Below, piece after piece: positions 10,101 to 18,253 of a DNA stretch of 55,040 bases. Numbering within the stretch: the stretch's first letter is position 1; each line of letters starts with the position of its first letter. The position numbers and the translations under genes were made by a program. Origin of the DNA: a virus (taxonomy: Duplodnaviria; Caudoviricetes). The notes beneath the pieces were generated by a model. It was given only the letters and a program-made list of their open reading frames with translations. It did not search any database and had not been told where the DNA came from. The DNA lies in the IMG/VR virus record IMGVR_UViG_3300030116_000815, positions 1 to 55,040 of that record. One strand, written 5' to 3'.

Positions 10101-11961
10101 AGAAAAAAGAGATGGAGAATATTTTAATGTAGGCAGATTTACTGATGATGAATGGTTTGAATTATATCAAACAGGTTTAGCATTAGAGCAAACAGTAATG
10201 GAAAGAATAGAAGGTCTAGCTGGTGAAGCATTAAATGGAAGAGTATTTAAAGGTTTTCAAAACGCATTCTTTAAATCTAATTTATTAACACAATGGACTA
10301 AAGCTGTACAACTTGCTTCATTTACTACAGGTAAAAGAATTGTTAGACAACATGCACAAGCACTAGCAACAAACAAGACAAGTTTAGGTGGCACACTATC
10401 AGCAGGTAGAAGACAACAATTTATAGATGAGCTAAGTGAGTTTGGTATAAGAGAAAAAGATGCTATAAGATGGTATAGAAATTCTGTAACTCCTGATGGC
10501 AAGATTAATGAGAATTTTGCAAAAGGATTAAATAACAGAGGAGAAATGAGTCTTAATGAAGAAGCAATATTTAATGCTAAGTTTCATAGACAAATGATAA
10601 AAGGTGCAAATAGATTTACAAAAGAAATTATTCTTAATCCTAGTGTAGCAGAAGCTAACAGACCATTGTGGTTTTCTAATCCTAGTGCACAATTTTTAAT
10701 GCAGTTTGCTGGTTACCCAACTGTATTTACAAATACTGTTTTAAAAAGATTTGCTAGAGAAATATCAAAAGATGGTAGTAGAAAAGAAATGTATAGAACT
10801 GGTAGAATACTACCAACAGTTATGTTAATGACTGCAATAGCTCACATAGGTAATGAGATTAGAAGTAATGGTAACGCAACTTTTGAATATGGAACTAATG
10901 AAAAGAAACCAGACCATAAAATTATTTTAGATGCAGTAAGAAGATGGGGTGGTTTAGGTCCTTTTGATTATGCTCAAAGGTTTGCCAACGAAAGAGAAAG
11001 AGGAACTGGATTTGTAGCAGAAACTTTAAAATCTATTTCCGGTCCTATACCTCAAGACATTATAGATGCTATTCTTTATAGAAAAGGTTTATCTGAATTA
11101 ACAGTAACTAATATGCCTTACTTCCAATTATATGATACTATTTTTGGAGAAGGTACTAAGAAAAAATTAAAACAATTAGCAAGAGGAAGTACAGGAGAAA
11201 GAAAGAAAAAAGTACCAGATGTTTTAGCTAGAATAGGATATGACAGAGGTGGTATAGTTATGAATGTTCCTAATGTTCCTGATGAACCAGATGAAAGGGT
11301 TGACAAATTTACTGGAGAAAGCTATAATAATACTTCAGAGAATGCACAAGATTTATCTGACAGAGAACTTAAAAGACAACAGTTTAAATTAGGTGGTGCT
11401 ACTTGGAAAGGAATGCGTCTAAGAGACCGATTAGGAGCTGTGCTTTATCCTTTATATAAAAGAGGTGCAGAGAGATTAGGTTATACTGATGAAATGCAAG
11501 GTCAAGCTTTTTCTGATTCTTTTGATTATATAAAAGAATATGATAAACAAGGTAAGTTAGAATTTTTTAAAGCTTCAACTGAAAGGCGAAATGACATAGA
11601 TGAAATAGTTAGACATGCTTTACTTGGATATAGATTAGGTGATTCATTACCAAAAAGAATTGCTGTACAAGCAAAAGATGCAACACAAGCTGGTATGTAT
11701 TATGGATATAATCCTAAAGCAGGTGTAGATAAGTTTGATTTTAAAACTCCTAAATCTGGTACAGGTTTTCAAAATGAAAGAGGTGACTTAATAAATAATA
11801 GAGTAGGATTTGCACTAAGAAAAAAATATGGTGATGATGAACGAGCTGCAATGGATGAATTAATGCGTATGATTGCAAGGAATGATGAGTCATTAAATTA
11901 TTGGCAAGGTAGTAATATTAACAAAAAACCTTTTAATCCACAAGGAAGGAGAGTAATGTGA
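7195..11961 (+). CDS. Large internal virion (ejectosome) protein
   Basis: 1588 aa; Gly/Ala-rich hydrophobic segments near the N-terminus; last large gene before the lysis cassette. Confidence 0.65.
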   Translation: MATSRPFYLAYEEAVRRRDAEEERKKREKELEEQRLLALKPPSVDPVEESLFEQFRESDRMVKKALDPSPQRIPTTRLTLTQLKNDNEFADTAERFMDTIGRNENIFEYLRDANFSLSAAAQRSFEMGDWDEQTMQDYNYLRTRFNNAEIGSFKERLGQIKDIGGDILFDPVNWLTLLFAAPTGGGALGARATVAAAQAKGTARLAQQGLKRYTKAKFEKDVGKESAKRFGLLGASEGLAWAGLHDYFMQDIDVNLGLQDEIDVNRLAVSSTLGATLGGAVGAGIGRLSVGPRYAKMLEKEYKFASEANVDATVPKYRQGSLFDEDEVPTTKPKEGEVKPTPKPKKEEEPTIRQQEEEEYRQQQQADSLFYNDWMDKDKIPNPIKWFSKTFVEKPTKVFYDRLQKLGPNASYTLMNNLRKLRQDVDRDALGKKGTGVKQIQLNRAYADDLDRSTFNKFTNESYGEYFASLIGLFNTGLEQAFGVLGLTGVFRTRIATTNNNQVRDLLQNKDLMLVRERAIDKEGNYYGFTGKETIMQRTMNEDGTYTFNKKINVGDEVDGIKLDAELHFGYKRLRGLYDEVYDLSIQEGLIDSSVSKLGYFPRMFNHSAVQKKREILQEKIIKYGHANPDNTKMKLTDYIDETGNPIEVAYFKGDKGLDWNTFTILREGGYDSFEDIAASVYYRSLTNKQKQSFNNRADVKQFVKDNELRKGQSYKFLIDKIDEKSNLTIDFSKLKNFKRNDTISAYEYARQVKAETIVTDMLEKRHIPNELKMLGKRYGENAGFLQSRRFVNIPDRELNEFLEDDVMTISNQYFNNAAQILARSRYFGKNISVQEDTIFKPIREELQEAGLSLEEAAKITDDFRKVVRKITGLDNSHLDSWWNKTAAGRNLGDFLKLSQQMAHLPLATLSSITEPLILLTRDFSSDTTKDIGRALLSETNNMFDRIGKTVSRARGKATPRQKLSRLGVEKRDGEYFNVGRFTDDEWFELYQTGLALEQTVMERIEGLAGEALNGRVFKGFQNAFFKSNLLTQWTKAVQLASFTTGKRIVRQHAQALATNKTSLGGTLSAGRRQQFIDELSEFGIREKDAIRWYRNSVTPDGKINENFAKGLNNRGEMSLNEEAIFNAKFHRQMIKGANRFTKEIILNPSVAEANRPLWFSNPSAQFLMQFAGYPTVFTNTVLKRFAREISKDGSRKEMYRTGRILPTVMLMTAIAHIGNEIRSNGNATFEYGTNEKKPDHKIILDAVRRWGGLGPFDYAQRFANERERGTGFVAETLKSISGPIPQDIIDAILYRKGLSELTVTNMPYFQLYDTIFGEGTKKKLKQLARGSTGERKKKVPDVLARIGYDRGGIVMNVPNVPDEPDERVDKFTGESYNNTSENAQDLSDRELKRQQFKLGGATWKGMRLRDRLGAVLYPLYKRGAERLGYTDEMQGQAFSDSFDYIKEYDKQGKLEFFKASTERRNDIDEIVRHALLGYRLGDSLPKRIAVQAKDATQAGMYYGYNPKAGVDKFDFKTPKSGTGFQNERGDLINNRVGFALRKKYGDDERAAMDELMRMIARNDESLNYWQGSNINKKPFNPQGRRVM

Positions 11962-12422
11962 ACATAGAATTATGTAAAGCAGAGATAACTAGACATGAAG
12001 GTAAAGTATTAGAAATATACGAAGATAGTCTAGGATATAAAACTCTTGGTATAGGACATTTATGTCAACCAGAAGACCCAGAATATAATTGGGAAGTTGG
12101 TACTCCTGTATCAGAAGAAGTTGTTGACATGTATTTTGAAGATGATTTTAACAAACACTTAGCAGAAACTATTCATGTGTTTGGTTCAGAGGAAGCATTT
12201 TATCATTTACCTTCTGACATACAAAGAGTATTGGTAAACATGTGTTTTAATTTAGGTGGTACTAGATTATCTAAATTTAAAAATATGTTGTTAGCATGTA
12301 GAGCACACAACTGGAAAGAAATGGCAGTACAAATGGAAGATAGTCGTTGGTATGGTCAAGTAGGTAGGCGTAGTAAAGAACTACAAGATATAGTATTACA
12401 ACAAAGTGATTCTGTATACTGA
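11958..12422 (+). CDS. Endolysin, T4-lysozyme-like (GH24)
   Basis: HEG-x6-D-x5-T catalytic pattern (RHEGKVLEIYEDSLGYKTLGIGH), NMCFNLG, SRWYGQVGRRS. Confidence 0.92.
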   Translation: MNIELCKAEITRHEGKVLEIYEDSLGYKTLGIGHLCQPEDPEYNWEVGTPVSEEVVDMYFEDDFNKHLAETIHVFGSEEAFYHLPSDIQRVLVNMCFNLGGTRLSKFKNMLLACRAHNWKEMAVQMEDSRWYGQVGRRSKELQDIVLQQSDSVY

Positions 12423-12555
12423 AAAACAATTAGAAGATGCTTACAATGCATACAGAAAAATACAAATAAAAGGCGATATGGCTTTTGTATCTTTAAAAGA
12501 TTTTAGAATTATGTTTGAACAAATATTAGAAGTATTATATAGGGATATGTTATGA
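12406..12555 (+). CDS. Small hypothetical protein (49 aa, MILYTEKQLEDAY...)
   Basis: GTG start; fills the gap between endolysin and holin and overlaps both; read manually. Confidence 0.55.
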   Translation: MILYTEKQLEDAYNAYRKIQIKGDMAFVSLKDFRIMFEQILEVLYRDML

Positions 12556-13028
12556 AAAAGTTATTAAAAAATATTGTAGGTGCAGTAGCTCCAACATTAG
12601 GAACTGCTCTTGGTGGTCCTATGGCTGGTATGGCTGGTAATATGATTGCAGAAGTTTTAGGCGTACCTAATAATCCTAAAGCTATAGAGAAAGGTATAGC
12701 AGAGGCTACTCCTGAACAGATGTTAGAACTTAAAAAAGCTGAACAAGCTTTTGAGGTTCAAATGAAAGAACTTGATGTTGATGTATTTAAACTAGAAACA
12801 GAAGACAAACAAGATGCAAGAAGCAAATTTAGTAAGGACTGGACTGCTCGTATCATGGGTATAGCTACAGTAGGTGGATTTTTAGGATATATATTCTTAG
12901 TAACATTACAACCACCAGAACAAAATAGTGAGGCATTAATTAATCTAGTATTAGGTTATCTTGGTGGACTTGCTAGTGCTGTAATTAGTTTTTATTTTGG
13001 TGCATCTAACACTACTAAAGATGATTGA
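12552..13028 (+). CDS. Putative holin (GTA 3TM holin-like)
   Basis: N-terminal APTLGTALGGP, D..DAR motif, two C-terminal TM helices ending SFYFGAS; next to endolysin. Confidence 0.7.
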   Translation: MKKLLKNIVGAVAPTLGTALGGPMAGMAGNMIAEVLGVPNNPKAIEKGIAEATPEQMLELKKAEQAFEVQMKELDVDVFKLETEDKQDARSKFSKDWTARIMGIATVGGFLGYIFLVTLQPPEQNSEALINLVLGYLGGLASAVISFYFGASNTTKDD

Positions 13029-13119
13029 TAGAAGTAATATACCAGAACATTTAAGACATTTAGAAGAGTGGAAATTAAAAGCATTATTTTTTATATTTAA
13101 ACCAAGATGGATGCAGTAG
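13021..13119 (+). CDS. Small hypothetical protein (32 aa)
   Basis: ATG overlaps holin end and stop overlaps next gene; read manually. Confidence 0.35.
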   Translation: MIDRSNIPEHLRHLEEWKLKALFFIFKPRWMQ

Positions 13120-13454
13120 AAGTAATACAACAAGTAGGATTTCCTATTGCAGCAGCCCTAGGTTTAGGCTGGTTTATATATAAACTTATTATGCGTATTG
13201 TTGATGGTATGGAAACTAAATTAGATACCATGGATGACAAAGTACAAACTGCATTGGACACAATGGAGGAAAGAGTATCTACTAAATTAGATAGTCAATA
13301 TGGTATTATTGTAAGTCTAATTGATAGAGTAAGGGCAATGGACAACCAAAGTATTAGACAAGATGTATTGTTAAAAACTTTACTAGGTGTTCCAAATTTA
13401 ATTGACATAGAAAAAATAGCAAAGGCAGATAGAGATGACCAAAGGAAAGATTGA
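13107..13454 (+). CDS. Membrane-anchored coiled-coil protein leading the curli-like operon
   Basis: N-terminal TM helix (GFPIAAALGLGWFIY) then heptad-rich region. Confidence 0.6.
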   Translation: MDAVEVIQQVGFPIAAALGLGWFIYKLIMRIVDGMETKLDTMDDKVQTALDTMEERVSTKLDSQYGIIVSLIDRVRAMDNQSIRQDVLLKTLLGVPNLIDIEKIAKADRDDQRKD

Positions 13455-13953
13455 TAACATAGAAAATGTACACCCAATGAGACAAATAACTATAGCTTCT
13501 ATAGTACAGATAACAATGTTTGGATTTATGTTGTTATCTTTTTTTACAATAGATAAATTATTTGCAGATGAAATAGTACATAAATTTAAAAATCCAAGCT
13601 TTAGTGGTATAGGTACATCTGCCCATTATCTTACAATAGAAAACCAAGAGCACATGCGTAAGATGACAATCAAAGAAGAACTTAAAGCTTTACAAGAACA
13701 AATAGAAAGAGACAAAGAAAATACAACACTTGCAAGATTTATAAGAAACTTAGAATCTAGAATATATGCACAATTATCCAGACAACTTGTAGAAAATTTG
13801 TTCGGTGAAAATCCAAGTACAAGTGGGATATTAGAATTAGAAGGTAATACTATTGAATATAGTATTGAAGATGGAATTATAACTTTAACAATTACGGATA
13901 GTGATGGGAATACGACAGTTATTCAGTTGCCTATTGGTGATTTTAGTTTCTAG
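13435..13953 (+). CDS. csgF: Curli assembly component CsgF-like
   Basis: Hydrophobic leader, then ADEIVHKFKNPSFSG (CsgF F.NP.FGG motif); C-terminal ITITDSDGNTTVIQLP; directly upstream of csgG. Confidence 0.75.
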   Translation: MTKGKIDNIENVHPMRQITIASIVQITMFGFMLLSFFTIDKLFADEIVHKFKNPSFSGIGTSAHYLTIENQEHMRKMTIKEELKALQEQIERDKENTTLARFIRNLESRIYAQLSRQLVENLFGENPSTSGILELEGNTIEYSIEDGIITLTITDSDGNTTVIQLPIGDFSF

Positions 13954-14758
13954 TTGTGCAGTTCTAAGTCACAACACAGACTTCGCATTAACAAGAGATA
14001 TAAAGTCTGCCAATATACTGGACTTACAATCAGAAGAATTATTAAATATACCGGCTGCTAAGAGACAGCCTATTATAGCAGTATACTCTAATAGTTTTCA
14101 AGACCTTACAGGTCAAAGAAAAAGTAATAGTAGTTTTGCTATGTTTAGTACTGCAGTTACACAAGCTCCAGAAGCTTTGCTTATACGAGCTTTAAAACAT
14201 GCTGCAGATGGTAAATTTTTTAGGGTTGTTGAAAGGGTAGGTTTAGATAACCTAACTAAAGAAAGACAACTTATCAGGTCAACCAGAGAAAATTTCGAGG
14301 AAGACAAACAGCTCAAACCTTTGTTATTTGCAGGACTGCTTATACAGGGTGGAGTTATTAGTTATGACACGAATATAGAATCTGGTGGTATTGGAGCTAG
14401 GTATCTAGGAGTAGGTAATAGCAAACAATACAGAGAAGATGTAGTAACTATATCGTTAAGATTAGTTTCTGTATCTACAGGTGAAGTATTATTAGAGACT
14501 ACAGTTTCTAAAAATATTTTATCAACAGGTGTTTCTCAAGATATATTTCGTTTTATTGAAATGGGCACAGAGCTTGTTGAAGTAGAGGGAGGTGTAGCAG
14601 AGAACGAAGCAGCTTCTATAGCTTTGCAAAAGGCAATAGAAACTGGAGTTTTAAATTTAATAGAAATAGGAATACAGAGAGGGTATTGGGAATATGAAAA
14701 CATTGAAATTAATGAGCCTAGTTGTGATGCTGACTGCATTGACAGCTTACGGGGATGA
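13901..14758 (+). CDS. csgG: Curli secretion channel lipoprotein CsgG
   Basis: Lipobox LVSSC; FQDLTGQRK, STAVTQ, F.VVERVGLDNL.KERQLIR, GGVISYD, QYREDVVTISLRLVSV.TGEVL. Confidence 0.92.
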   Translation: MMGIRQLFSCLLVILVSSCAVLSHNTDFALTRDIKSANILDLQSEELLNIPAAKRQPIIAVYSNSFQDLTGQRKSNSSFAMFSTAVTQAPEALLIRALKHAADGKFFRVVERVGLDNLTKERQLIRSTRENFEEDKQLKPLLFAGLLIQGGVISYDTNIESGGIGARYLGVGNSKQYREDVVTISLRLVSVSTGEVLLETTVSKNILSTGVSQDIFRFIEMGTELVEVEGGVAENEAASIALQKAIETGVLNLIEIGIQRGYWEYENIEINEPSCDADCIDSLRG

Positions 14759-15413
14759 TAATGAAATTTTTGTTGACCAATCTGGAGACAATGCCAACAT
14801 AGATTTAGAGCAACTTGGTAGTGGAAACATTATCGGTGGTTTAAATTCTACTGCTGGTAGTCTTACAAATCCATTAGATTTAGATGGAAGTGCTTTGACA
14901 CTTGACATCAATCAAATAGGTGACACTAATAAATTTCTTGGTGATATACTAGGAGATAATATTACAGGTTATTTTAATTTTGATGGCAACTCAAACGCTT
15001 TTACTATTCAGGTGGACCCAACAAATACTTATGGTGCTGACAGTTCTGACTTTGATGTACAAGTTAATGGAGATAGTAACACATTTACTTTAGATGTAGC
15101 TACTGATTCAATGGCTAGTAGTACTGATTTAGATTGGATTATCAATGGAAGTAGCAATACATTAGATTTTGATATAAATTATGATGGTGGTACTTCTTAT
15201 GTTGATATAGATGGAGACAGTAATTCTGTTACTTTTGATGGAAGTGGATATGCTGGTGGTTATTTTTATTTAGACCAAACAGGAGATTCACGAACTTTTA
15301 ACATACAGCAATTAAGTACTTTAAATAATGATTGGCTCAAGATACTTTCAACTGGCGATTCTGGTACTGTGTGTGTCATCCAAGATGATAATGGCACAGC
15401 AGTCGGATGCTAG
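14694..15413 (+). CDS. Secreted curlin-like beta-solenoid protein (CsgA/CsgB-like)
   Basis: Signal peptide, then imperfect N-x5-Q/x-x-G-x-x-N repeats (NEIFVDQSGDNANIDLEQLGSGN; DINQIGDTN; LDQTGDSR). Confidence 0.7.
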   Translation: MKTLKLMSLVVMLTALTAYGDDNEIFVDQSGDNANIDLEQLGSGNIIGGLNSTAGSLTNPLDLDGSALTLDINQIGDTNKFLGDILGDNITGYFNFDGNSNAFTIQVDPTNTYGADSSDFDVQVNGDSNTFTLDVATDSMASSTDLDWIINGSSNTLDFDINYDGGTSYVDIDGDSNSVTFDGSGYAGGYFYLDQTGDSRTFNIQQLSTLNNDWLKILSTGDSGTVCVIQDDNGTAVGC

Positions 15414-16434
15414 TATTGGAAGCGTAACCGAACTAAATGGCATAGGCAGGATTGTAAGGGATAAACCTTATGATGCTGCCTTATCATTTGACATTGAAAG
15501 TTATGACAATGTCGAAACTTCTAATGGTAGAATAGGAATAACATTTCTTAATGATACCAGAGTTAGACTAACAGAACATTCACAATTACTCATAGATGAA
15601 TTTATCTATGACCCTGACCCATCTAAATCTAAGATGGCTCTACAGTTTGCTAGTGGTACTGCAAGATTTATTACTGGTAAACTAAATAATATAAACAAAG
15701 AGAACATTGCTATCTCAACTCCGAGTGCAAATGTTTCTATTCGTGGTACAGATTTTACAATCACAGTCAATGAACTGGGAGAATCTCTTATTATATTATT
15801 ACCCAAATCAGATGGTACTCCAAGTGGAGAAATACTAGTAGCTACTGCTGCAGGTGAAGTATTGTTGAATCAACCATATCAAGCCACTACAGTATCTATG
15901 TTTGAAGTAGAACCAAGTAAGCCTGTGATATTAGATATTACTTTAGAACTCATAGATAATATGTTAATTGTAAATGAACCACAGGAAATAGAAAGAAATG
16001 AAGGAGAGATTGGAACTAGCGTTTCTAGTATTCTTGATGTTGACTTCCTTGAGTTTGATGATTTAGAAGTAGATTATTTAGCAGAGGATAATTTAGAATT
16101 TACAGAGTTAGATATAAATTATCTTGATGTAAATTTTCTTGAAGACCTATTAGATATAATAGAAGACATAAATGAATTAGACCAGACAGAAACTTTGCTA
16201 CAAGCTGAATTAGATTTAAAAGGTACATCGTTTGGATTTGACCAAGAAACTCAAATAAATACTTTTAGTACAGACAATGTATTAACATTTTTAAAATCTT
16301 TAGAAGATACAGTAAGATTAGATTTAGATAAGTCTAGTGCTTACACAGTAATATTAATACAGAATGGAAAGAGTACACAGATTATAGTAAATGGTGGTGG
16401 CTCTTCTACAATAACAATTAGACAAGGGAGTTAA
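15328..16434 (+). CDS. Exported FecR-domain protein
   Basis: Signal peptide; D.VET..G...ITF.NDT.V.L.EHS.L.ID and I.TPSA.VSIRGTDF motifs; acidic repeat region; beta-rich C-terminus. Confidence 0.8.
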   Translation: MIGSRYFQLAILVLCVSSKMIMAQQSDASIGSVTELNGIGRIVRDKPYDAALSFDIESYDNVETSNGRIGITFLNDTRVRLTEHSQLLIDEFIYDPDPSKSKMALQFASGTARFITGKLNNINKENIAISTPSANVSIRGTDFTITVNELGESLIILLPKSDGTPSGEILVATAAGEVLLNQPYQATTVSMFEVEPSKPVILDITLELIDNMLIVNEPQEIERNEGEIGTSVSSILDVDFLEFDDLEVDYLAEDNLEFTELDINYLDVNFLEDLLDIIEDINELDQTETLLQAELDLKGTSFGFDQETQINTFSTDNVLTFLKSLEDTVRLDLDKSSAYTVILIQNGKSTQIIVNGGGSSTITIRQGS

Positions 16435-16435
16435 T

Positions 16436-18187
16436 ATGAAGTGGGCTAGTTTATTATTAGGATTACTTACGCTTCCATTGTTATTTAACTTTGGACCTTT
16501 AGAGGTCATGAGATTAAAAACATTTGATGCGTTAGTCAAAACACCAGAACCATCTGGCTACTTTACTATATTAAATATTACAGAAGAGGATGTCCAAAAG
16601 AGAGGAGGTTATCCTTTTCCAAGAGCAGATTTAGCTGACATACATATAGACCTTTTGAATGAGGGTGCTTTGGGTGTTGGTTGGGTAATATTGTTTCCAC
16701 AGCCTGACAGACTTGGTGGTGATGAAAAGTTTGCAAATGCTTTACAATGGAGACATACTGTATTAGCAATGCCAGAGTTTGACAATGGTATTTATCCTGA
16801 AACTCATGGTACTGTTATACTAGGACCAGATGTAAATTTACCACAGGCAAAAGGATTTTTAGAAAACATACCTGAATTAAAAGAAGTATCAGTACAGGGT
16901 GCTGTTTCTGCTCCAGTAGATGTAGACAATCTTGTAAGAAGATTACCACTATTACAACAAACTCCGGATGGTTGGGTTGCTTCTTTCGGTATACAAGTTT
17001 TAAAGTCATTAGTAGAAGGAACCACATATCAAATAAAAACTAATGACAATGGTATTGAGATGATAAGAGTTAAAGGACTTGACCCAATACCAACAGATAG
17101 TCTTGGTCGTAAATGGATTAGTTGGGTTGATACACCACAGACTACATTAGAGGAGATGGATGTTGCAGGTAAGTTTGTATTTGTAGGCGTTACTGCAGCA
17201 GGGGTAATGCCCACTTTAGCCACCCCAAATGGGCTATTAGAGCCTCACAAGATACAGGCTGCCCTTGCAGAAAGTATTTTGATTGACTCTCCGTTCATAC
17301 CTGACTATAGATTATTTGTAGAACTTATTTTATTATGCATATCAGGATTATTAATAACCTTCGTGATAAATCGCTTTGGTATTACTATGGGTGTATCGTT
17401 GGCAGGTACGCTGATATTGTCGATGGGTGGGCTAGGTTATTATTTAATCTCTCGAGGCTTTTTAGTTGATGTCACATGGAGTATGACATCTATGACACTC
17501 TTGTCATTACAACAATTTTATTTAAGATTCAGACAACAATACAAACTAAGACAACAAATCAAGAAACAGTTTGAACATTATCTAGACCCAAGACAAGTAA
17601 AACAATTACAAGAAAATCCTGAACTGTTAAAGTTAGGTGGTGAAAGAAAATATTGCACCATGTTATTTACCGATGTCAGGGGATTTACAAACTTATCAGA
17701 ACAATTACAACCAGAAGAAGTAACAGAGTTAATGAACAAGACATTAACCATACAAGCCAATGCAGTTAAGAAGTATGGTGGTATGGTTGATAAATATATA
17801 GGTGATGCCATGATGGCTATCTTCAATGCACCAATGGACTTAGATATGCATGAAGACAGAGCAATACTTGCAGCTATAGAAATAAAAGAAAAGATGCAAG
17901 AAGCAAACTTAGGTATTGAAATTGGTATAGGAATCAATTCGGGTATCGTGATGCTTGGAAACTGTGGGAGTGAAGATAGGTTTGATTATACTGCTATAGG
18001 TTCCGATGTAAATCTTGCAGCTAGATGTGAGAGCAGTTGTAAAGCTGTAGGCAAAGATATAGTCATAGCAAAGAATACTGCTCAAGAAACAGACATACCT
18101 TTAATTAAACTAGACCCAATAGAAATGAAAGGTATTGCAGAGCCAGTAGAAATATATACTACAGTAGACTTGACAAATCCGACATAG
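16436..18187 (+). CDS. CHASE2-domain class III adenylate cyclase
   Basis: N-terminal TM, CHASE2-like sensor (YPFPRADLA, GGDEKFA, DVDNLVRRLPL), three TMs, cyclase motifs FTDVRGFT, DKYIGDAMM, YTAIGSDVNLAARCES. Confidence 0.92.
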   Translation: MKWASLLLGLLTLPLLFNFGPLEVMRLKTFDALVKTPEPSGYFTILNITEEDVQKRGGYPFPRADLADIHIDLLNEGALGVGWVILFPQPDRLGGDEKFANALQWRHTVLAMPEFDNGIYPETHGTVILGPDVNLPQAKGFLENIPELKEVSVQGAVSAPVDVDNLVRRLPLLQQTPDGWVASFGIQVLKSLVEGTTYQIKTNDNGIEMIRVKGLDPIPTDSLGRKWISWVDTPQTTLEEMDVAGKFVFVGVTAAGVMPTLATPNGLLEPHKIQAALAESILIDSPFIPDYRLFVELILLCISGLLITFVINRFGITMGVSLAGTLILSMGGLGYYLISRGFLVDVTWSMTSMTLLSLQQFYLRFRQQYKLRQQIKKQFEHYLDPRQVKQLQENPELLKLGGERKYCTMLFTDVRGFTNLSEQLQPEEVTELMNKTLTIQANAVKKYGGMVDKYIGDAMMAIFNAPMDLDMHEDRAILAAIEIKEKMQEANLGIEIGIGINSGIVMLGNCGSEDRFDYTAIGSDVNLAARCESSCKAVGKDIVIAKNTAQETDIPLIKLDPIEMKGIAEPVEIYTTVDLTNPT

Positions 18188-18197
18188 ACCCTATAAT
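18169..18197 (+). promoter_or_regulatory. hsp20 promoter (sigma70-like, also RpoH-like)
   Basis: TTGACA(18170)-N16-TATAAT(18192); also readable as CTTGAC-N15-CCTATA. Confidence 0.7.
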
Positions 18198-18204
18198 ATA
18201 AGTA

Positions 18205-18251
18205 GAGTGTGCGAAAGGTCGGCACTCATTAACTTGCTTTAATAGGAGTTA
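18205..18251 (+). promoter_or_regulatory. ROSE-like RNA thermometer in hsp20 5' UTR
   Basis: Hairpin AACTTGCT-TTAAT-AGGAGTT pairs UUGCU against the AGGA SD with a bulged G; upstream GAGTGT/GCACTC hairpin. Confidence 0.7.
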
Positions 18252-18253
18252 TT

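Noticed and set aside
377-11306. Numerous short antisense or alternative-frame ORFs within the large virion genes
   Set aside because: Expected shadows of biased codon usage; no SDs or motifs.
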